From Candidatus Saccharimonadota bacterium (GTDB lineage: Archaea; Micrarchaeota; Micrarchaeia; Micrarchaeales; Micrarchaeaceae), in assembly GCF_002214165.1 (NCBI RefSeq), contig NZ_CP019964.1, positions 240,001-272,000 of the forward strand: a stretch of 32,000 bases of DNA, given 5' to 3'. Positions 26,056-32,000 of this stretch are shown here, in pieces; the stretch's first letter is position 1; every line of letters starts with the position of its first letter. The notes under the pieces were generated by a model. It was not told where the DNA came from. It saw only the letters and a program-made list of their open reading frames with translations, and ran no database searches. Both the position numbers and the translations under genes were made by a program.

Positions 26056-26520
26056 TTACTCTGCTATGACCTTGCTACCAAATATGTTTTGCAAGGTTTG
26101 AATATAGCCTTCATAGACTCCTTTACCCTTCTTTTTTGCATCGGGGTTGGCAAGTCCATATTTGAAGGTCTTACCTTGCGCTTTTATCTCGATGTTCTTT
26201 CTGCTTATCCTGATGCTATCAATATTGGAATTGTCAATAGCGACATTCTCAGAATTGGATTTCAATGCAGTATCAAGGTCCTCCTGTGATAATGCCTTTG
26301 TCTTATCCAATACATCATCTTTTGCTATCCTATTTGCTGCCCCTCTGCCAAAAGCACCAAATAAATAAGAAAAACCAACAGAAGCCGCAGCTGAAGATGT
26401 GCTATTTGCATCCAGTATAAGCAGCCTTTGGTTAGTGATAATCACGCTTTTCCTTTTAGGTGCTATTATCCCAAATGAAACTAAATTGTCTATATATCCA
26501 ACAACATTTTCGTTTTCCAT
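26056..26520 (-). CDS. hypothetical protein (154 aa)
   Basis: ORF only. KSVIITNQRLLILD is faintly reminiscent of bacterial PH/GRAM-like domains. Confidence 0.35.
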   Translation of the reverse strand: MENENVVGYIDNLVSFGIIAPKRKSVIITNQRLLILDANSTSSAAASVGFSYLFGAFGRGAANRIAKDDVLDKTKALSQEDLDTALKSNSENVAIDNSNIDSIRISRKNIEIKAQGKTFKYGLANPDAKKKGKGVYEGYIQTLQNIFGSKVIAE

Positions 26521-26592
26521 TCAAACGCCGATTATTTAACGCTTTATAAAAATATAAGCTTTGCCATTAGATAAAGCAATTTCTGTGTCGTA

Positions 26593-27414
26593 TTATTTGG
26601 ATTTTCTACCTATAAGAAGGATGTGTATGCTAACTCCAACAACTTCTGACTTAGTGCAAAGCTTATAATGCACAGATAACCAATTTTTCCACGCTTTTCT
26701 GTCTTTTGAAATATTGTTTATCTCTTCAATTGAAGGTGTTGCCAGGCCTTCAAGTGCGGAGAGCTCAAGGAATTTCGCTTTCTTAGATGCAATTTTGAAT
26801 TCATGTACAAGTTCTTCTGGGGAGAACCAATGGCAGTAGTATTTCCCCATCCAAAGCTTATCCTAGCCTTTGGTTAAAGCATTTACGAAATTGGTTGTAG
26901 CTATCTCTTTAGGCCAACCTCTAGGCGCTAATAATGCGTATCCATATCTGTTCATCACGGATATAAATATAGGGGCGCCAGGTTTTGCGACCCTTACCAA
27001 TTCAGACATCGCTTTCCTTCTATTTGATTTTCCGTATACCAAAGATATAGGGCCTCCAAGGCACAATACTGCATCAAATGTGGAATCCTTGAATCTTGAG
27101 AGATCTGTTATATCTCCAACTATAGTGTCTTTAACCCTTCTTTTTTCCTTCAGCTTCGTTATCTCTTTTTTTGCCTCATCGATATTCTCTTTTGATAAAT
27201 CAAGGAGGACTACATCGTGGCCTTTCTTGGCCAATTCCATTGTGTATACTCCAGTTCCCCCTCCAGCATCAAGTATCAATCCGCCTTTCGGAAGGTATTT
27301 ACTTAGAAACATAAGCGTGGTGCTGAATTCAATCGAATGGTAGGCATCTTCCTTAAGTCTGATAGATTCCTGCCTCCAATATGTATTATAAAGGTCCCTT
27401 ATATCCCTTACCAT
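26593..27414 (-). pseudogene. class I SAM-dependent methyltransferase interrupted by one in-frame TAG
   Basis: Motif I ILDAGGGTGVYTMELAKKGHDVVLLDLS lies in the 183-aa part. The 85-aa part (YYCHWFSPEELVHEF...) is the usual C-terminal region. Both are in the same frame and are separated only by TAG (26863-26865) plus 4 codons (DKLW). Confidence 0.75.
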
Positions 27415-27578
27415 GCTTCCACGTAATTAAGTGAAATATAAAAATTCATTAATCTTCTGTGCCACTTGTTGCTTTTTCTATTAAACTGCAATAAGTTAAG
27501 GGGAAAGCAATGGACAGATTCTTGAAAAAGTTGCATACAAATAAATAAATTTAAATCAAATTATAACTGGTGGAAAAC

Positions 27579-29006
27579 ATGAAACTCTTTATAAATGGCT
27601 CATGGTGTAGTTCAAGCAGCGGCAATACTATAGAAAAGCTTAGCCCTGTTACAGGCAAGAAGATGTATAATTTCCCAGCAGCCACCAAGGACGATGTTGA
27701 TAATGCGATAGATGCGGCATATAATTCATGGGAGAAATGGTACTCATTAGGATCGGTAAGCAGGTCAAAGATTATTTACAAGGCAAAGGATCTTATAGAG
27801 AAGAATAGGAAGCAGCTTGAAGATATACTTGTAAAAGAGAATGGAAAGATAAGGCCTGAAGCGGTAGGGGAAGTTGATGGCGTGATAGACCAGCTTCAGT
27901 ACTACGCGGAATTTGCAAGAAAGATAACAGGCGATATAGTAGAAGGCGAGAAGGCCAACAGAAAGATATTACAATACAAAGTGCCGTACGGGGTTGTTGT
28001 TGCAATCACTCCTTGGAATTTCCCAGCAGCCATGGTAGCTAGGAAGATAGCACCTGCTCTCATGACTGGAAATTCGGTAGTCCTGAAGCCAAGCAGTGAT
28101 ACTCCAGGAAGTGCAGAATTCTTGGTAAAGATGTTCTTAAAGGCAGGGATCCCAAAAGGTGTTCTAAATCTTGTTACAGGTAAAGGATCAGAGATAGGGG
28201 ATTATATCATAGCACACAAGAAAGTGTCCTTGGTATCAATGACAGGATCAACATTTACAGGGCAGAGGATAATGGAGAAGGCATCCTCAAACATGGCAAA
28301 GCTAATATTGGAGCTTGGAGGTAAGGCGCCTTTCATGGTATGGGAAGATGCAGATTTGAATACAGCACTAAAAGTATTCATGTGGGCAAAATATTCTAAT
28401 TCAGGGCAGTCATGCATTGCTGCTGAAAGGCTTTACGTTCACGAAAGGGTATTCGACAAGTTCATGAAGATGATTGCAGAAGCTTCAAGGAAGCTTACAG
28501 TGGGGGATCCGGAGAAAGCAAAGATGGGGCCATTGATAAACAAGGCAGCGCTTGCCAATATGTCAAAGTACGTAGATGAAGCCAAAGCGGAAGGAGGCAA
28601 GGTAATAACGGGAGGTGGAAAGCCAAAGCTTTCAAAAGAGCTAAAGGAGGGGTACTTCTACGAGCCAACCATAGTTACAGGAGTCAGCCAAGAATCCAAG
28701 CTCTTCCAAGAAGAGGTATTTGGCCCGGTCATAGGAGCGGCAAAGGTATCCTCATTCGACGAGATGCTTGAGAAAGCCAACGATTCCAAATACGGGCTTG
28801 CGTCATACCTGTTTACCAAGGACTTCAAGCTTGCGAACAAGGCAGCAGAAGCGGTGCGCTTTGGAGAACTTTATATCAATATGCCGGGCCCTGAAGCGTC
28901 CCAAGGATACCATACAGGATTCAGGCTGACAGGTCAAGCAGGAGAAGGAAGCAAGTATGGAATTGCAGAGTACCTAAAGCTAAAGAACGTTTATATAGAA
29001 TATTGA
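27579..29006 (+). CDS. aldehyde dehydrogenase, glyceraldehyde-dehydrogenase type (non-phosphorylative ED)
   Basis: ALDH motifs ITPWNFP, LELGGKAP and NSGQSCIAAERLYV (catalytic Cys). I chose the ATG at 27579 because GGTGG (27569-27573) lies 5 nt upstream. The track's GTG at 27570 is inside the SD. Confidence 0.9.
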   Translation: MKLFINGSWCSSSSGNTIEKLSPVTGKKMYNFPAATKDDVDNAIDAAYNSWEKWYSLGSVSRSKIIYKAKDLIEKNRKQLEDILVKENGKIRPEAVGEVDGVIDQLQYYAEFARKITGDIVEGEKANRKILQYKVPYGVVVAITPWNFPAAMVARKIAPALMTGNSVVLKPSSDTPGSAEFLVKMFLKAGIPKGVLNLVTGKGSEIGDYIIAHKKVSLVSMTGSTFTGQRIMEKASSNMAKLILELGGKAPFMVWEDADLNTALKVFMWAKYSNSGQSCIAAERLYVHERVFDKFMKMIAEASRKLTVGDPEKAKMGPLINKAALANMSKYVDEAKAEGGKVITGGGKPKLSKELKEGYFYEPTIVTGVSQESKLFQEEVFGPVIGAAKVSSFDEMLEKANDSKYGLASYLFTKDFKLANKAAEAVRFGELYINMPGPEASQGYHTGFRLTGQAGEGSKYGIAEYLKLKNVYIEY

Positions 29007-29043
29007 GAAACAAAAACCCTTAAAACAAAAATAGGAAATCATT

Positions 29044-30234
29044 TTATTTTGGCGGCTTCCAGGTCCCTTTTACGGCCCATGAAGGCTCATTGGGATTGAA
29101 GGGTTCCATGCCGTCAACCTTGTACTCTTCCAATATACGTTCATTTACATCTATCCCCAACCCTGGCTTTCCACTTATCGTGAACATTCCGTCTTCCAGC
29201 TTGTATCCGCCTTTTACCAATTTCTTCTTCCATTCAGGCCAGAAATGCTCAAAGCTCTCCTGCATAAAGAAATTTGGTATAGTGATGTCTACATTCAAAG
29301 ATGCAGCTGTCTGTATCGGTCCAAATGCATTATGGAAGGCAACTTCAACACCAAAGGATTCAGCCATCGACGCTATCTTCTTCCCCTCTAGAATCCCTCT
29401 GCAATTTGTTATATCTGGCTGCACTATATCGACCAGATCATCGGTCAAATACGGAAGGAACAGGTTTTTGTTCATTACCCTTTCGCCAAGAGCTATAGGC
29501 ACATTCGTAGTGGTTCTGAGCCTTTTCAAGCCCATTATATTGTCAGAATGCACAGGTTCCTCTACAAATGCAGGCTCCAAGCCCTCAATAGCCCTGGCCA
29601 TTCTTATCGCGGAATTTGCATTGAATCTTCCATGGCACTCTATCAGCACGTCAGAGCCTTTCGCTGCATCCTTCACTGCTCCAATTACATCAACAGCGTG
29701 CTCTAAATGTTCCTTGTCTATCTCATCATAAGCATCGCCGAATGGATCAAACTTCATTGCCTTAAATCCTGCCTTCGATACCTCCTTTGCCTTTTTTGCA
29801 AAGCTGTCTGCTGAAACACAATCGGAGTACCATCCATTTGCGTATGCCTTGATCTTTTCATTGAGCCTGCCTCCGAGCATCTTGTAAACGGGCACCCCAT
29901 ACGTCTTTCCGATTATGTCCCATGAGGCAATCTCAATTGCGCTAAATGCAGAGGTTGTCTCCATCGACTCTGGCATATAGAAAGAGTGCTTGTACACTTC
30001 AAGGGAATTTTTCTCTATCTCGGTCGGATCTTTTCCCTTCAAGACCCTTGCCATCTCCCTTGCTTCCTCAATTACTGGTTTTGTCATCAAGGTAGTTGGT
30101 GCCTCTCCATACCCAACTATCCCATCAGAAGTGGTCATCCTCAATACTACTATTGTTGAGCTCCATGGGCTGGATTTCTCGCCTTCCTCTATGTCCCCCA
30201 CTTCCATTATATCGATATCTTTTATCTTGCTCAT
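29044..30234 (-). CDS. enolase-superfamily sugar-acid dehydratase, most like archaeal D-gluconate dehydratase
   Basis: AIEIASWDIIGK, YANGWYSDCV, KAMKFDPFG, HGRFNANSAI, EEPVH, ALGER, VQPDITN, VEVAFHNAFGPIQ and VKGTWK match my recollection of the Sulfolobus gluconate dehydratase pattern. SD GGTGG lies 4 nt upstream. Confidence 0.8.
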   Translation of the reverse strand: MSKIKDIDIMEVGDIEEGEKSSPWSSTIVVLRMTTSDGIVGYGEAPTTLMTKPVIEEAREMARVLKGKDPTEIEKNSLEVYKHSFYMPESMETTSAFSAIEIASWDIIGKTYGVPVYKMLGGRLNEKIKAYANGWYSDCVSADSFAKKAKEVSKAGFKAMKFDPFGDAYDEIDKEHLEHAVDVIGAVKDAAKGSDVLIECHGRFNANSAIRMARAIEGLEPAFVEEPVHSDNIMGLKRLRTTTNVPIALGERVMNKNLFLPYLTDDLVDIVQPDITNCRGILEGKKIASMAESFGVEVAFHNAFGPIQTAASLNVDITIPNFFMQESFEHFWPEWKKKLVKGGYKLEDGMFTISGKPGLGIDVNERILEEYKVDGMEPFNPNEPSWAVKGTWKPPK

Positions 30235-30361
30235 TAATCCACCATTATTATTGGCTATGCACCCAAACTATAAATAATTTTTCAATTAAGCTAGATTTGT
30301 AATAAATTGGAAATTGCAGCAAGCATTGCTTTTCCATAAATTGCGCTTATTGGTGGATAAA

Positions 30362-31252
30362 ATGTTGTATCAGCACAGGAAATATGGTATGGTAACGCCT
30401 ACGGTTACACTTTTAAGGCAGGGTTCAATAGATTTGGATGCAGTAAAATCACTGATGCAATTCCTTAAGAAAAGCGGTGCAAAAGGTGCATTCATTGCAG
30501 GCTCTACCGGAAATGCCCCAATGCTAAGCCTGAACGAGCACAAGGAGGTAATAAAGCAGTATATCAAATATGCAAAAGAAGAGCATCTTGCAACGTTTGT
30601 CGGAATCGGGAGAGATTCGATAGACGAGACAGTGGCAATGGGGGAATATTCAATTGAACTAGGTGCGGATAAGCTTGTTGCTGTAACACCCTATTATATG
30701 AAAGAGGACCAGAAGCAGATGCACGCATATTATTCAGAGCTGTTGAGCAAGCTTGATTCGGAAGTTCTTATATACAATATACCATCACTTACCGGCAATA
30801 ATATAGAAGCCGAAACTGTTGCCAAGCTTGCGGAGGAGAATAGCAATTTGATAGGGATAAAGTCAACTAATGCGGATTTTGACCAGTTCCAGAAGCTGAT
30901 ATATTATACGGACAATGACTTTCTTGTATTCCAGGGGTACGACCATCTTTTGCTGCCTTCTCTTGAGCTTGGTGCATCCGGGGGGGTATGCGGGACTACT
31001 AATTTAACCGACATTGCCGAAAAGTTGTACGAATCATACAACCGCAAAGAGCCTGCAAAAAGCATCAAGTTGCACAAGCAGCTGTCAAGCATATACCATA
31101 TGCTTGAGCCCTATGAGTTCCCTGCGGTGTACAATGCGATGTTCTATAAGACAATAATGGGAACCGAGATAGCAAAAGAGCCAGAACTTTTTGGTAACTT
31201 AAGCAAAAAAGAGGCAAGCTTACTATCAAAGAAGCTAAGTGGCTTGCTTTGA
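30362..31252 (+). CDS. kdgA: DHDPS/NAL-family aldolase, 2-keto-3-deoxygluconate aldolase-like
   Basis: IAGSTGNAPMLS, VAVTPYYMK (Tyr), LIYNIPSLTG and LIGIKSTN (Schiff-base Lys). I chose the ATG at 30362 because GGTGG (30352-30356) lies 5 nt upstream. The track start is TTG at 30314. Confidence 0.8.
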   Translation: MLYQHRKYGMVTPTVTLLRQGSIDLDAVKSLMQFLKKSGAKGAFIAGSTGNAPMLSLNEHKEVIKQYIKYAKEEHLATFVGIGRDSIDETVAMGEYSIELGADKLVAVTPYYMKEDQKQMHAYYSELLSKLDSEVLIYNIPSLTGNNIEAETVAKLAEENSNLIGIKSTNADFDQFQKLIYYTDNDFLVFQGYDHLLLPSLELGASGGVCGTTNLTDIAEKLYESYNRKEPAKSIKLHKQLSSIYHMLEPYEFPAVYNAMFYKTIMGTEIAKEPELFGNLSKKEASLLSKKLSGLL

Positions 31253-31299
31253 AATTGCCGCTCACATCACGAATATATTATTCGCCTATAAATCCATCC

Positions 31300-31914
31300 T
31301 CATTTCTTGATCAATATTGCCCTTGCAGGCCCGCCATCGCATTTTATCTTTAGGGGCAGGCCAACAAATGTATAAGTGCCTGCAGGCACTCCTTTGAGGT
31401 AAATACCTTCAAAAAGAGTCATATTCTCTATTGTGAGCGTATGCACTATGTCATCAGCATTGAATTTCTTTATGCTCATGTAGTCTATGCCAAGCGTTTT
31501 AATCTTTTTGGAGATCAAGTACCTCGCCCCGTCTTCTGTAAGGTGTGCAAAATCCTTCCTAAAGGTATCATATTGCTTAAGCGAATTATTTGTCTTCAAA
31601 AGTATTATGTCTCCCTTGTTTATCTTAAATTTTTTAAGCTCCTTCTCTCCTATTGAATTTCCAGATTTTGTTAAATTAAGGACCTTGCATTTGCCGTAGA
31701 ATGTGTCAACCGGAATCATGTCTGCTGTTTTACCTCCATTTTTTATATGCCTTTCAGCATCGACATGTGTGCCTGTATGGCTTCCGATATGTATCAATGA
31801 TACATTGGTCTTGCTTTTCGGGATGCCGGTATGCTTGTAGATGTGCAGCTTAGGATCTCCTGGATATACAAGCATGCCTTCTTCTATAACCATCGAAATA
31901 TCATAGATTTTCAT
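31300..31914 (-). CDS. putative cyclase-family metal-dependent hydrolase (kynurenine formamidase-like)
   Basis: The HIGSHTGTHVDAERH motif (HxGTHxDxPxH-like) and a size of ~200 aa. Confidence 0.75.
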   Translation of the reverse strand: MKIYDISMVIEEGMLVYPGDPKLHIYKHTGIPKSKTNVSLIHIGSHTGTHVDAERHIKNGGKTADMIPVDTFYGKCKVLNLTKSGNSIGEKELKKFKINKGDIILLKTNNSLKQYDTFRKDFAHLTEDGARYLISKKIKTLGIDYMSIKKFNADDIVHTLTIENMTLFEGIYLKGVPAGTYTFVGLPLKIKCDGGPARAILIKK

Positions 31915-32000
31915 TTTAATCCTACTTCTTATAAAAATTCAAAAGTTAAATAATTATTCTGTAAAAATAAGTAAGAATATAAAGGGATTAGCTTGGTTTT

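Noticed and set aside
26863-26865. Reading the in-frame TAG in the methyltransferase as pyrrolysine
   Set aside because: The host protein is a Rossmann-fold SAM methyltransferase, not a MtmB/MtbB/MttB-type enzyme. No pyl genes are in the window. TAG also terminates another ORF here (6608-6610). A nonsense mutation is the simpler explanation.
26870-27343. 157-aa plus-strand ORF
   Set aside because: It is antisense to the methyltransferase, whose SAM-binding motif is unambiguous on the minus strand.
29090-29731. 213-aa plus-strand ORF
   Set aside because: It is antisense to the enolase-superfamily dehydratase, whose motifs span the region. It has no motif and no SD.
1-32000. Scan for CRISPR arrays, tRNA/rRNA genes and large repeats
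   Set aside because: I saw no regularly spaced direct repeats, no tRNA-like GC-rich cloverleaf segments and no rRNA-like sequence. The only GC-rich non-coding patches belong to the IS605-family element.

Overview
This is a 32 kb window of a low-GC archaeal chromosome. Motif-level recognition points to a Thermoplasmatales-type acidophile. The supporting genes are thermopsin, a family B DNA polymerase, the archaeal thiolase/HMGCS-like/DUF35 operon, UDP-sulfoquinovose synthase, and a non-phosphorylative Entner-Doudoroff set (gluconate dehydratase, KDG aldolase, glyceraldehyde-dehydrogenase-type ALDH). I found no rRNA, tRNA or CRISPR array. Coding density is high and most genes are housekeeping.

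Items that stand out:
1. The HMG-CoA-synthase-like gene of the thiolase/DUF35 operon contains no cysteine and appears to have all three catalytic residues substituted.
2. A roughly 625 bp non-autonomous IS200/IS605-family element (5511-6135) carries matched subterminal hairpins, an in-frame internally deleted tnpB, and an apparently intact omega-RNA-like 3' region.
3. A sugar-1-phosphate nucleotidyltransferase has a conserved N-terminus that can only be translated from an ATA codon, and that codon sits behind a canonical GGTGA Shine-Dalgarno.
4. A class I SAM methyltransferase is interrupted by a single in-frame TAG.
5. A co-directional run encodes a CYTH protein, an FHA protein with an unknown enzymatic-looking domain, and an HExxH protein. 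Two of these genes share an upstream palindromic motif.
6. A PadR regulator has a Met/His/Gly-rich N-terminal tail and palindromic operators, and lies downstream of a 1-Cys peroxiredoxin.
7. A HerA/FtsK-type ATPase is fused to a winged-helix region, next to polB.
8. A very AT-rich block of orphan genes occupies the left edge.

A recurrent GGTG(A/G) Shine-Dalgarno 4-7 nt upstream of start codons let me revise several starts relative to the longest-ORF track. All family calls are by-eye motif recognition and none was checked against a database.
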